DNA of 62,446 bases, counting the filler, from Sphacelaria rigidula (lineage: Eukaryota), in NCBI GenBank assembly GCA_964200075.2. It is 9 parts of 9 records of this genome, joined end to end, with 100 filler letters (N's around TTAATTAATTAA, not from the genome) between each part and the next. Parts side by side here need not be neighbours in the genome. Positions count along the whole stretch, not along the records: positions 48,649 to 55,497 come from CAXNAA020017776.1; positions 55,598 to 62,446 come from CAXNAA020017777.1; 7 more parts are not named here. One strand, 5' to 3'. The notes beneath the pieces were generated by a model. It ran no database searches, was not told the origin of the DNA, and was given only the letters and a program-made list of their open reading frames with translations. The position numbers and the translations under genes are program-made. Of the stretch, positions 48,649 to 60,786 are shown piece by piece. Positions within the stretch are counted from its first letter, which is position 1; each line of letters begins with the position of its first letter.

Positions 48649-48705
48649 CGAGGTCAATGGTCTTATGACTATGGCAAGCATGATCATGAGTACACCCCTC
48701 CCCCT
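48649..48705 (+). mobile_element. 3'-terminal stub of the poly-C LINE, subfamily 2 (at scaffold start)
   Basis: CGAGGTCAATGGTCTTATGACTATGGCAAGCATGATCATGAGTACACCCCTCCCC. Confidence 0.75.
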
Positions 48706-51700
48706 TCCTTTTTCTCTTTTCTTCTCCTCTCGCGTCGTGCTTTATGTTCGATGTTTTTTTTTGTGTGTTCAATGAGTAATTCTCTCCGTTATTTCTGGGT
48801 TCATCTGGCAAAGCACAAGTGACGACCGTTCCATTCCTGGCCCCCGAGTCTGGAACCTTGAACCGCCGTCCTTCGCGCCGTACATTCACGACCATTCCGT
48901 ATACAGCAATAGTTGCCACGAGGTATTTATTTCCTCATTTTTTTCGTTGTACACACCTTTTGTCATATTTTATGTTGTATTTTTTTTTTTGTCTTTTTGT
49001 TCGAGAGTATTGGGAGCGAGCGCTAGAGATACCTGACCCCCTCGTCAGGAATAATTGCGCTCTTGCCCAACCGCTCCGTACACGCATACCGCCTCCCCGT
49101 TCGGGATCAATTGTGATGTGTCCACTTTTTGTGTGCGTACCACGTTGAGTTTTATGTTAACATGGGCGATAGTAACCGAAGCCGAGTGCCTGAAATGTTT
49201 TGATCTTTTTGGCTGAAACATTTGCCCCTACTTGCTTCGTACACACGATAACCGCTCCCGTTTACAATGATGGTTGCCACGTGTTGTTTTCTACTTCATG
49301 TTGCTGATATTTCGTTTTCGCTGTTGCCCAGCGTGCCCCTGGGTTTGCATTTATTTTGGTTTTGGTTTCTGCGTCCATGTCGGGAATTATGCCATGAGTG
49401 ATCCAACGTTCCTGACCCTCGAGTCTAATACACTTGGCCTACTTTTTTTTGCGAGTCCTGCCGCATGTGACCGACCTCGTTTATAGGAGGGTCACGGGTA
49501 ATGCGACGCGATGATTTATACTCTGGTGATGGGTAAGTTACAACGAGGTCACCACTGGCCGCGTCGTATATAGCGGTGTTGAAGAATTGCCATTGAAGTC
49601 GCGGGATAATCGGTTGCAAACGTCTCCTCATACAGGGCCATTACGTATCATGATAAGGTAGATTGCTCTTCCGGAACTGTCCGTTCCGCCATGTCGATAT
49701 TCGACCATTGGTACAGCTTACAGGCTCAGGGTCCGCCACACACTGTTTTTTCTGTCACTTTTACCAGTTTTTGGCGTACGGTTACCCGCCCCTGAAATCG
49801 GGCGGTGGTGTTTTGTTTTTATCAGGGAATATTGGACGAAGTAACGTGACGGTACGACCGGCTGTGGGTTTTACTCCAGTTTGTGTTCGGGCCAGTCTCG
49901 TTTTAGTCCGAACGGGCAAATACTGTGAGGAATGGGCTGCGTTGGTCCTTTCTGTCCTGTATATTTGTCGTGGTTCAGAAATGTGTTGGGCGATCCACCT
50001 CCGAAGTACGTAGTAGGCCCAAAGGTTGTGTATTGACTCCACTACGTTTCTTTTAACGTGTACGGACACCTGATCTCCCAAACCGATCGGTTGTTTTCGT
50101 ATCTCGTCGTGTGAGAAAACGAAAATGCTGTACGACTGGATCATCACCCAGACGTCCCAAGCAAGTCGTTGCTCTCACAAACATGTACCGACAATTAAGT
50201 CACATCAAACGGGTTGATTTGTCCGTATCATGTTATTTGGTTCTTTTTTTCCACGTATGGTTTTCGCGGGAAACTACCTTTTTTCGCGACGAAATCGGCT
50301 ATACGTTGTCGACTTTTGCTGATTGACAGGGACGAGTGATTAGCATGAAATTGGTTATAGGAGTGATATAATGCCTTGGCGGACTTGCTTGTTTTTCCAC
50401 CAATGACCTAAAACAAATCGGACATTTACAGAAGGGTGAACTATTATATTCATGATATAGTTATGGCAGGGTAGGATGATCGTTTCAATGATAGGTTTCT
50501 GATTTCCTGTGGCTATCCCGGAAATGCTCACGCGTTCTGAGGACACTGCACTTTTTTGGTATATGGTTTTGTTTTATTTATTTATTGGATTTCTCATGAC
50601 TCCGACCGAAATGCTCACGGAACATGGGGACACTGAATTATTGTATCGGTTCGATTTATTTTCTCTTTGCTTTGTTCTTGTGTTTGTGTTATTGTTTTTT
50701 GTGTGTTGGTCGTACCGTATTATTCCCCGCACCGAAGAATACTCGACCTTTGAAATGAGCCTCAGTTTTCTGTGGTGTGGGAGTGGTGTGTCTCGATGCA
50801 AATTTGTTCCTTTTGAAAAGGAACTGCACTTGTCACGATCCAGGGTGGGCTAATGTGATGGTATATGACCGCGTGCGAGAATTCAACTAGTACAGTAGGA
50901 TACTACGATCGGTACAAACGATCGGCGGGTATGAAAAGATTCTAGTCGGGTGTGTGCTTGTATAATGTAGAAATTGGACTGTTTTCATGGTTGACGCAGC
51001 TACTTAAAGCTGGATACAAAGTTGTACCTGACCAGCCGCAGGCGTACGTCACTACCGACACTTCGATTGGCCTCAGCATGGCGCGTCAGGCTGATTTTGT
51101 AGTATGATAGGATTGTATGCGAGGCAGGGTAAGGGCGAACAGCGCGGTGACCATCGCCTACCGAGTTCACTCGACCCACCGACCGGTCTGCAGGCATCTA
51201 TTGGATATAAAAAGAGCCTTTACCCACCACCTACCACCAGCGGTCTCTCCTGTCTACAGTGTCGCGAGCCCACAGCCTTGACGTGAGTCGCTAGCTGTGC
51301 TGTACTATCACCGTTATCCACGATTGTTATTTGTATTCAGGCTTTCGGCTGTGTGATTCTCCCCATGAACAGCTGGTTATTGTATTGAGAGATTAAAATC
51401 GCAGTTTGAGTTTAGCAAATATAACCAGGACCGCTTGCTAACATTCCTCAAAGGGTGTGGCTTGCTGGCATCGGCGTATACGGCATTATTGCTCTGCGTT
51501 ATTGCTTATACCACGACAATGACAAAAAGCACCTAGTATGATTTGATTAATGCGTGGCATTGTAAAAAGTCATTTGCTCGGGTCAGCTCGTTTGGATTCG
51601 CTTCCGCTACTCGTCACAACATGTCGCCAGTACACTGGTATCTTCACATCGGCCTACGACTCGACACATCACATCTACTCGAGAAGCGACATCTTTACTT

Positions 51701-53520
51701 CACGTCATGGGGCAACCTATCTTCACGTCCCGTCATGGGGCAACCTATCGTCACTTCATGGGGCAAACAACGTGTCGCCACGACCCTACGGGGGCATCGT
51801 GGCTTCTTCACGTCGGCAAATTTGGGGCAACCAGTGCCGTTGCTCGGCAGCAGTAGACATACCGATTGTATAAGATATTATATGCAGAGCTCACGCCTTG
51901 ACCATTTTGTTTTGTCCACCCTTCAACTACTGTAGCGTTTCGCTGCGTTTGATTCCTCCCTTCACAGTGACCTATATACATATACTTTGTCTACAACTTA
52001 CGTCTTTTTTATTTTGGGGTTTAGGAATTCTTCCATGTATTCGATTTGTTTTGAACAACGACCCTTATTTGATTATTTGTTGGGATATTTGATTCGTCAC
52101 TCCATGTTATATATTCCCGTTTTTCCTCCCCCACCTACTCTTGCCTACTACAGTTCATGATTACGATTTTTGCTTTTTCGCCACTACACTGTTGCACCGG
52201 TGTCTTCTATCCCTGTGTGCCTCGTTTTGCTACAGTACTTTTAAAAGTAGCACCTTCCATGCTGCATATGAACATCAGACGAGCCCGCACTAACACTACG
52301 CCCCGCCCGCCCGCCCCTGCTGCTTTTGCTGGTCGATTTTGCTTGCTACGAACGCATCTACGCAATGCCGGGACCCATTCATGATCGTTGTTACCGCATC
52401 ACACCGTGTCAGTGATCGGAGGCTTTTCGCCTTGTTTGTTTTTCTGTTCCTGTTTCCCTCTTCCGCTTCCTCTATCTTCTGTTTTTTTCTACACTGTTCT
52501 TATTTGCAGCAATTTCTATACGTTTTCTTCCCTTCCGCTTGCCCCCCTGAGTATTGTTTTCTGTTAGCCATCACTTTCCTACTCAGTCACTATTCTGTTT
52601 TTGCGACCTCCTCCACCCGTTTATTGCCTCTCCCTCGGGTACTTTTCTGGCGATTAATTTGTCTTCCTTTTTCGCTATTACACTGCTTTATACTAGTGAT
52701 CCCTTTCCCTCTTCGTCTACATTTAGTAGTCGTAGCCCACGATGCATTTTTTACGTCATTTTTTCCTTTCATTGACTCACGTTGGATTTCGTTTTTCCTT
52801 TCGCTCCCCTGTCAGCCGTATGGTACCAATTGATTTTCTGCCGTTTTTCTCATCTCTTTCTACATTTTCAGTTATATTCTCTCTACTCCTCGTGGTAATT
52901 TTACTCTACATCCATCTTCACTATTTGTTTTTTCTACTTTCATGTTGCGAGCGTATAGCCCGCCCATCCATTGTGTTTTTTTTACGAATATTTTGCGAGA
53001 GCCGTTGCCTGATGCACGAGAGTACACCCCAGGTACATCTGTCGTGAGAAACCTGCGATGGCAAACTTCAGGGACGACCACTAAGCGCAACCAAAGCCAA
53101 CTCGGGGTAACGGGTGAGATCGGACATCGACAACGGCTCCACCAATCGCAGCCAATGGAGGTTTTGCTAGACATCGAGGAAGGTGGTGTACCTATATATC
53201 GGTAAGGTTGTAGCGTAAGATCAACAGGTGAGACGGCACTCTAAACCTTTGCGCGGCAGGCATTTCCCCGCTCCCATCCCTGCTCAGAGTAAGGTTCCCC
53301 CGACGCACGTAGTTAGATCCATAATCACACCCCTGCCTCTGATCTCCCGACTGACGGCTTCGTAATTTACTCGTGAGAGTAATCAAGGCCGGCCCATACA
53401 CGTCCAGAGTAGATCCCCGTCATACCTCCCTCCCCAGGCAGCACGTCCCAACAGTGTCGCTCGACCCACCCGCCTCCAAGGTAAGCGTATCAGACAAATA
53501 TGAAATAGGTGGGTGAATCG

Positions 53521-53700
53521 GAGAAACGGGAGCTGGTAGACGTCCTGCTGGGCAATCCAGACACTGGGCTGTTCTCCCCGGACCCGAAGCAGGTTCTGGT
53601 CACCTTCAACGGTGAGCTAGAGCTATCCCTTGTCTAAGAGTACTGTATTTCATTCGCAGCACATCAACGCCACTTCATTTTGCCGAGTAGCGTCATGTAG
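53521..53700 (+). pseudogene. Possible degenerate Ty3/gypsy pol fragment (region just before the RT core)
   Basis: EKRELVDVLLGNPDTGLFSPDPKQV...GELELSLV*EYCISFAAHQRHF resembles the protease-RT linker of gypsy pol. Contains an internal stop. Confidence 0.4.
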
Positions 53701-53949
53701 CTCCCCAAGTGGTAGACCCGAGACCGCCCGCACAGCACCGATCAAGGTTCCGTAACAGGTGTGAGAACTGGTCATTCCGCACAGTCAGCGAACGAACGGA
53801 AGTAGGCGAGGTGCTCTCCGCCTAGTTCATCCGCAGACCTCCAAATGGACACAGTGGCGAATGATCATACTCTGCAGACCCTTACTAATGCATCCAACCT
53901 GATCGCTAGCAAGGAGACCCTTTGCGAGAACAGGTGCAATCGGACCTGA

Positions 53950-55150
53950 GGGGGGGGCGTACTCATTTGTTGCTTGCCTTAGTCGTGTAAGCATTGACCA
54001 CGTATCCCTTGCGAGACGGAGCACCGCTCCTACTCCTAATAGAGACACCTCCAACATTCCGGCGCTCATTACGTTTCTTCCATACACTGCGCAAAAACCG
54101 TTTACATATCTTATCCCAGTCCTGTTTCGCCGTCTGTGGCCACCATCCATCTCCTAGCATATCCATCGTTTTCCCGCTACTATCTGATGCATCAAACGAT
54201 GACATGCCACCTTCGTTCACGTCCCGCATTTCCCCCTCTAGCACGTCTCATTCCTCCTTATATAGTTCACATTCTGCCATTACATTACTTCTGCTCTCCA
54301 TTGCCTTGTCACAGGGGCAGTTCTATACATCTACTTCCTCCTTTCGACGACTGGTATATATCTTTCTTCTTTCTGGTAGGTCCAGGTCTTCCACCAGAAA
54401 TCGCAGTTTCAGATTTTTCGCAGCGTCCATGGGCCCATGCAGATATGTTTTCATCCCGATCCCCTCTCTCAACCCCCCGTATATCTTCAGGTGTTCTTCC
54501 TCGTCTACTTTGCGTCTGAGGGCTATTTTCCCCCTTATTTCTATCCAGTCTCTTACTTACGTCATGTTCCCCTCGCCTACATCTATGGGCAGTAATTCGT
54601 CTTGGTTTCCTCCTATATCTTTCCTCCCATCTCATTCCATATTTTCTCAACTTCTTTATCCCACCTTAATCCACCCTGCCCTTTCGTAATTTTCTCCCAT
54701 ACAGCCTTATCAACTGGAGCTGGCAGTCTTTCTCTGCATGCTCTTTACGCTATATTGTCATCGCAGTTTTCTCATACCTCTGTTAGTTTGAAGTAAGTAC
54801 ATTCCCAACTCTGCTCTCAAAACTGTATTACTCGTCGTTTTCGAGCATCCAAGTATCTTCTTAGCTGCTGCCATCTGTACTGTTTTTAACTTCTTCATCA
54901 ACTTCACGTTGCCTTTCCATACTTCTCCTGCATATTCCAGCTTTGGTACGATCACGTTCATCAGGATACATCTCTCAATCCCAGTGTCAAAATGCGAGTC
55001 TCTGAGGATCCCGTCCATTCTACCTATCTGTGCCCTACCCTTTTCTATTACTTTATTTATGTGTGCATCCCAAGGACAGTTTTTTTAGATCTCCACGCCA
55101 AGGTATGTATACTGGTCTACGATCGGCAGTTCCTTTTCTCCCCACTTCCA
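53950..55150 (-). mobile_element. 5'-truncated degenerate LINE, poly-C family
   Basis: Reverse-complement copy of about 14600-16160: MNVIVPKLEYAGEVW, ILGCSKTTSNTVLRAELGMY, and a C-terminal ORF ending KASNK-TGA (stop at 53965-53963), then GTACG and 8 C. Confidence 0.92.
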
Positions 55151-55497
55151 TTCACGGGTCGGACCAATCAAAGATTCGTCTGAAAATTACGATCGAGTTT
55201 AGTGTAAGTGATTCGTACCGTACGAATCAATCCTTAGGCTGTGTTTTCAGCGTTGCAACCCAGGCGCAGCCCAGGGACGTGAAATGGCTCAAAAATTGCG
55301 TCGAGACCTTTTTCACCAGCGGTCAACTTCTTTTTTCTACCTTTCGAGCAATCAGGCCTGAAAAATCGTGGATTCGGTGATTCGAATAAGCGATGATTCG
55401 TCCGAACTGTGCTTCCATTTGAACTCTACGAGGGCGCGCGCGCGGGGGGGGGGGGGGTGCGGAAAAAAACTTTTTAGAAAGGCGAAAAGCGGGGGGG

Positions 55498-55597
55498 NNN
55501 NNNNNNNNNNNNNNNNNNNNNNNNNNNNNNNNNNNNNNNNNTTAATTAATTAANNNNNNNNNNNNNNNNNNNNNNNNNNNNNNNNNNNNNNNNNNNN
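55498..55597. other. Artificial scaffold linker
   Basis: Identical 100-bp linker; the segments before and after are both 6849 bp. Confidence 0.98.
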
Positions 55598-55784
55598 ACC
55601 TTCCTTCCGCGGTGCTTGCCTTTATTCTTTATCGCGAGAGGGGTTCAGCAGTCCCTTTCCCTCGTCGACTGTGAAGTCGAATTTTGTGTACCCACGACAT
55701 ATTCGTGTTGGGCATGGTGTAAGAAAAAATCCCAGATCGCTCCGAGAATCGAACCCCACAACTCAACCACCGGGGCGACCGGCT
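55598..55784 (-). mobile_element. tRNA-derived SINE, partial second copy of 15202-15560
   Basis: GGGTTCAGCAGTCCCTTTCCCTCGTCGAC...AAATCCCAGATCGCTCCGAGA...CCACCGGGGC shared; part of the tRNA head is deleted. Confidence 0.85.
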
Positions 55785-56727
55785 AAATGCGGGAGAGGGA
55801 GATAAATCAATCGTGTTAAACTCCCGTCACTTTCGCGGCGTTTTTAGCGCGAACGCTTGTGGCTCCTGTCCCCGACAAACGCAGCGAACCCTTCCGCGCC
55901 GATGAAGCGCTGGAGGCTCGGAGGAGGCACCAAGGACGAGTTGTTCCCCATTTCGCGTTCCTCCAGGAACTGAACAGAGGCGGACAAGCAACAATGACGG
56001 TGTGGAACAGGAAACGTGAGTCAGGAGACACGGTCAACGGCAATCAGAAGCGAGCGAGGAGGAGACGGACAGGTGGGCGGATGCACGGGCTACCACACTA
56101 CCGTCATGATGGAGCATGACCACTGCGAGCAATAATGCCGTTGGGGGACTCAAGTTCCAACAACTCGCCTTGTACTATATTGATCGTGAGAGTTACGCCG
56201 CGTTCTTGGGATTCGCCACAGCGATATGTTCATGTGTTCAGGACAACAGCTTTTGCGTCAAGCTTTTTCTCGCCCTCGTCGTTTTCTCCCTTTATCAAGT
56301 ATGGCTTCGCCATTCGACAATCGGCGACGCTTCCCCGAGGGGAAAGCCCTCGTTCTCGATAGAGCGGTCACCCACGGCCAGTAGCACATGCTTACTTTTT
56401 CCACAAGAGTCACAGGTGGGCTGTTCCCACCCGACATACAGTAGCCATCTAGTCTTGGCGCCAACTGAGAGAGGTAGGGACTTCCCCTCCAAGGTCGAAC
56501 GGGAACAGGGTATTTGCGTAACCCCCTCGAGCATTGAACGCGAAAAACCGTTAGAGTTTAAGCGAGGGCGTCGACAGATCACCACGATTAGACACTACTC
56601 GACTAGAACCATCAGATTCAGATTTTTCAAAGGGCTCACAGTCCCGAGTGCTCCCAACGTCCGCGCAACGTGAATTTTTCCTCAACGGTGCCCAGCCCGC
56701 GGTGCAACAATCATCGTGCTTGTATTA

Positions 56728-58251
56728 CATGCTAGTTCACGCTGATCACCCAAAATTGTGTTATCAGCAAATGCCTTTCGCAGTATCTACCCATTAGTCG
56801 CATAAATGATATCATACTGACCGCCATGGACTGGTGAAGAGCGTGACATAGCCGGATTTTTGTCCAAGGCCATAGTGATAGCGCTAAAGGCGAAAAGTTA
56901 TATCGACCAATCAGCGCCCGTCAAATTGTTCCGAGATCGAAATTACGAATTCCAAGCCCAATACTTTCCCAATTTCCAATTTCCACATGCGTCGAATCGT
57001 AATAACAATCACTGGCTCGGGAATCTAACCAAAAAAACATATTTGAAAACGGTTACTAGGGGGGTCGAATTATACCCGAAACCGTGATGTTTCGGTGACG
57101 TCGGGTGTTCGCGTCGTCTAATTTTCACCAATGACACGCACGGAAGACCCAGGGAGCCTCGTGACGGAGTCCCCTCTATCTATTGAACAAAAGCTCAGAT
57201 CGCCCTCAAACTTGCAGTTCGATAGGTATTGATGCTCCAAATGGAAAAATTGTACGCTTGACAAGATTTCATGATTTCTCCTTTCTCTATCGGCTTCCGG
57301 GGGTCCCAGTGTGAAGACTCGCGGAAGGCGGTACAGAATGCCCCAAAAGAAAAACAATAAAATGATGCGTCCCGGAATAGTTTAAGGAACACGTGTACGA
57401 AGGTCGGTGGAGAAACTCGAGGACCTCATACAGTTTTTCTTGCCTTGACGTAAAAATTCACCCAAAAGGACGTTTCAATACTAAAACCAAGTAGTTAGGA
57501 GTTGCACATTTCAAGCCCACGTCCTCCACAAACGCGCAAACCTTCACGCCATTATTAGGAGTCAGACCCTGAACCTTTGCAAAAATATGCTATGTGTCGT
57601 TTTGCAACTTTCTGCGGAAGAGTTTTTTTTTCTAGTTGATTTTTTCACCGTTTTTCTGGGGGTCCGACGAGATCCAAGTCATTTTTCGAAGTAGTCTCCA
57701 TTCTGGGACCCCGGAAAACCAGCACAACGATATTTTTCATTTTTTCATGAACGAGTTTGCCGCATAGCCCAAGGAAAAACTCCACAAAATTTCGTCACAA
57801 AACTCGATCAACGGATGCTTGAATTTTCATGTTCACGTCAAAGAAGGTTCAAAAACGTCATTTTCGTACTAAAATCAAGTAGTTTGCGGTTTCACCGCGG
57901 CACGTCAAAGTTCATCGCACAAAACCAAAAAACCTCACGCCGTTTTAAGGAGATAGATCCTAAAAAATTGCACAACTGTGCTATGGGTCATCACGCAACT
58001 TTGACGAATGAGGGTTTTTGAGTTTCGTTTTCTTTACCGTTTTACGGGGGTCCGATTGGATCGACGTTTTCCCGCAAAACCTGGGACCCCCGAAAAATGG
58101 CGGAAAAAGTCAAAAAGTCGACAAACCTCCATCTTCGAACGTTGCGTAATACCACGCAGAACGTATGTGAAACTTTCAGGGCCTAACTCCTTAAAATGGC
58201 GTGAGGTTTTGCCGATGAGTGTTTTTTGGGTGATTAGCCTGAACCAGCCTG
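56728..58251 (+). mobile_element. Non-autonomous Tc1/mariner-type element (TA-flanked, 1524 bp)
   Basis: TA|CATGCTAGTTCACGCTGATCA ... TGATTAGCCTGAACCAGCCTG|TA. Colinear with 60787-61923 but carries an internal duplication (about 57470-57720 versus 57860-58100). No transposase seen. Confidence 0.82.
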
Positions 58252-58890
58252 TAGTAAGAAACAAAGGGAAAACATGCGAGAGCAGTTTCTGCCCCCGTTT
58301 TACGCATCCACACAAAACAAGGGCAAGGAACACTGACTCCTATGGTCAAAAGAGAAAATACTCACACAACAAAACTTGGCGTTTTCGCTACGTGCACTGC
58401 TACTTGCCACTACCTCGGAAATGACCGGCCAAAATAACTCATGATGGTACTCAAGACAGTCAGCTCACAACAACTTATAACTGACTGCACGCGCCAGGCG
58501 TCAACATGTTTTGATCTGCTTTTCATGACGTACTCTCCGACAAAACATGCGTCGCATCGCAGTCGAGCCTCAATCCAACAGATAATACTCCAGATAAACA
58601 AGACTTTCCGCCCGAATCCTAACCTTCTTGAACACGTTCCCATCCGCCGTGTGTTGGAGCAGCCTCGAAAACTCCGCGTACGATCCGGTCTCCTACAGCA
58701 GCACACCCGCACCAGCAAAAAGAGTGTAGGGTGGAGTCAGGATCCCACGGTCGGTAGACAAATTTACCTTGAAGGCGGGCCATTTTCATTTTATCCTATC
58801 AATATATGTATGAACGGGTGATTCCCCGACGGACACTTGTGGAAAATTTTCCCTTCTATGTGGTGGTTCCCATACACCCCCCCTTCATCA

Positions 58891-58939
58891 TGCGAGGTCA
58901 ATGGTCTGATGACTATGGCATGCATGATCATGAGTACAC
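58891..58939 (+). mobile_element. 49-bp 3'-terminal stub of the poly-C LINE (subfamily 2) with a 14-bp target-site duplication
   Basis: Flanked by CCCCCCCTTCATCA at 58877-58890 and 58940-58953; both copies of the C-run are preceded by TACA. Confidence 0.88.
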
Positions 58940-59191
58940 CCCCCCCTTCATCAGCGTCTTATTTTTTTATTTTAATGAGAAGAGGGTTGTAGGAGTACCC
59001 TTTTGCATCGGCTAGCGGTTAGGATGTACACCATCTTTCACATGTCTTATACATGTACTGGATTCCCAAGTCAACACTTCACAGAAGATTTCCCCATAAG
59101 TTTCTGAGCACCACTTCCAAACCATCCACTATTTGTGTGGTTCCCCAACATTTTTACGACTCTTTCGACACGACTTGATGTTTAGTTGCTT

Positions 59192-59270
59192 TTTGGTGGG
59201 AGCTGGGATTCGAACCCGGGACCTACTGTTTACGAAGCGCACGAGTCATCTTATGGTGTCGTCAAGGTGA
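59192..59270 (-). mobile_element. tRNA-derived SINE head or tRNA pseudogene
   Basis: Minus strand ...GTAGGTCCCGGGTTCGAATCCCAGCTCCCACCA has a B box and a T-arm-like segment; the 5' half is degenerate. Confidence 0.5.
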
Positions 59271-59938
59271 AAAGGTGATTATTCGACGGATATTTACGCC
59301 CTTTTTTCCCTCCAATGTGGTGGCTCCCACATATGAGTCAAATCACCAAGAGACCCGCGGTCAAACTACATGAGCTTCCCTGTGCACCACCAAACTTCAT
59401 TTCGAGTTGAAATCGATCGTGTTTCCGCTGTCAAGGACGTACCAATATCATCGTCAAACGCTTTCGTTCTCAAAACGAGACCTCGGCGCACCTGGCGCTG
59501 CGCGGCAGGCATCAGCTTCGTAAGTCCATTTTTTCAAAAAATTAAGCTCGTTTTTTCTTCAATAGGCTTTCCCCCTGTGTTCTATGCCTCATTTAAAGCT
59601 CTTTCAGCGAAAATATGCGTACTTTATGCGCCCCCTTCGCGTCCTTGTTGTGGCGTTGTGGCAGTATCCCCTCACGAGGCGCGCCTTCGACGACAATTTG
59701 GGTATTCGAAGTTTTAAAAGTTGTTTTTGATTGAAAAATAGAACTTCCCTCCGATCATTGAGTTTGTACGCCACCCCAAACCACCTATCGAAACAACATG
59801 TCCGCACTACGTACACTCCTGGTACAAGATGCAGCAGTGGGTCACTGCAGCCTCTGGACACTGGGTATTGCAGCCTTTGGCCTCTCGCCCGGCAAGCTTC
59901 AAGCTACAAGCTATCGCCCCCGCCCCCACCATCTACCA

Positions 59939-60319
59939 TCAGTCGACATTTGAAATGGAGTCAAACTTCCGGCTCCGATTGTACTTGAGCATAACCGCGG
60001 CTCCGACCCGGTCACCTAACGCCCTCTCCTGGCGAGAGTTCAAACACTCCCTCAAAATGGAAAACACTCGCTCCATAAACGCGGACGATGGCTGAAAAAG
60101 TACGATATCCATCGCCACGAGATACCAAGTGGGAAGCCTTGTTTTGTTATCGTCCCAAAACGACAGCAAACCGTAATTTGAGTGCGCGCCCGAGGCCGCG
60201 ACCAAAAATATATCTTTCTCGGACAACAGGCCCGCCATGACCTCGGGGGTCACGAAGGGGAAAACACCAGGCTGGCGGACCTCCCCCCTGGTGTAGCCTG
60301 AACAGTGCTTAATATACAC
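59939..60319 (-). pseudogene. hAT transposase C-terminal dimerisation domain (open 126-codon remnant)
   Basis: LLSFWDDNKTRLPTWYLVAMDIVLFQPSSAFMERVFSIL...LGDRVGAAVMLKYN matches the hATC pattern L.[FW]W......P....A...L..P.SS...ER.FS. Confidence 0.88.
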
Positions 60320-60579
60320 GAAGTCGATAAGCTAACGCTGTAGGTTGTCCGCTGTACAATGTACAATGGGCCCCATGGCACAACAGTTATAAAAGATATT
60401 GATTACATTTTTCAATTCAACATAGTACCAGATATATGAAACACAAACAGAAACGTTTTTCGGATCAGACCCGCAATCATGGCAGTTTGGAGTATTGAAT
60501 ATTGAAGCCTGTCTGATGACGAGTAACGAGTGACATTACAAGCTTTTCAAACATTTTAAGCCCTCTTTAAGCTTTTCGA

Positions 60580-60607
<28 letters not shown>
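60580..60607 (+). repeat. (TA)n microsatellite inside the hAT element
   Basis: About 14 TA units. Confidence 0.9.
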
Positions 60608-60610
<3 letters not shown>

Positions 60611-60786
60611 AGCACGAGAACCCCACATGAAGCTAAACCTTAAGCGCACTTATGGAGCTAATGCCTACTATGCGGGCGTGCACAGCCAGGTCCCACTACG
60701 AGTACTTGGAACCAAAAAGTATCTCTGAAGGCAAACAAGACGAATAGCAGCAACAACACAATCAAGTAGTGTTCCCTTAGGCCGTA

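Larger units (their letters stand above)
59506..60667 (-). mobile_element. Non-autonomous hAT transposon with an 8-bp target-site duplication
   Basis: Degenerate termini CAGGCATCAGCTTCGTAAG... and ...CTTATGGAGCTAATGCCTA. Flanks CTGCGCGG (59498-59505) and CTATGCGG (60668-60675) match at 6 of 8 positions, both differences being transitions. An 8-bp duplication is characteristic of hAT. Confidence 0.85.

Noticed and set aside
50831-51524. Solo LTR starting TGTCACGATCC with a TATA-like GGATATAAAAAG
   Set aside because: No matching target-site duplication at candidate CA ends and no second copy in the window.
52339-53047. Hydrophobic Phe/Leu-rich ORFs resembling membrane proteins
   Set aside because: They arise from T/C-rich low-complexity sequence in several frames, with no motif or exon structure.
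53994-54689. 231-aa plus-strand ORF (and 37287-38499 minus-strand ORFs)
   Set aside because: These are antisense shadows of the LINE and gypsy coding sequences.
6851-55597. Regularly spaced TTAATTAATTAA motif about every 6950 bp as a biological periodic signal
   Set aside because: It is always embedded in exactly 44+44 N, so it is an assembly linker.
14033-59270. Functional tRNA genes at the tRNA-like segments (14033, 15480-15550, 20412, 34270, 59192)
   Set aside because: A/B boxes are present but acceptor and anticodon stems do not pair well by eye, and one is clearly the head of a dispersed repeat. Treated as SINE heads or pseudogenes pending tRNAscan-SE.
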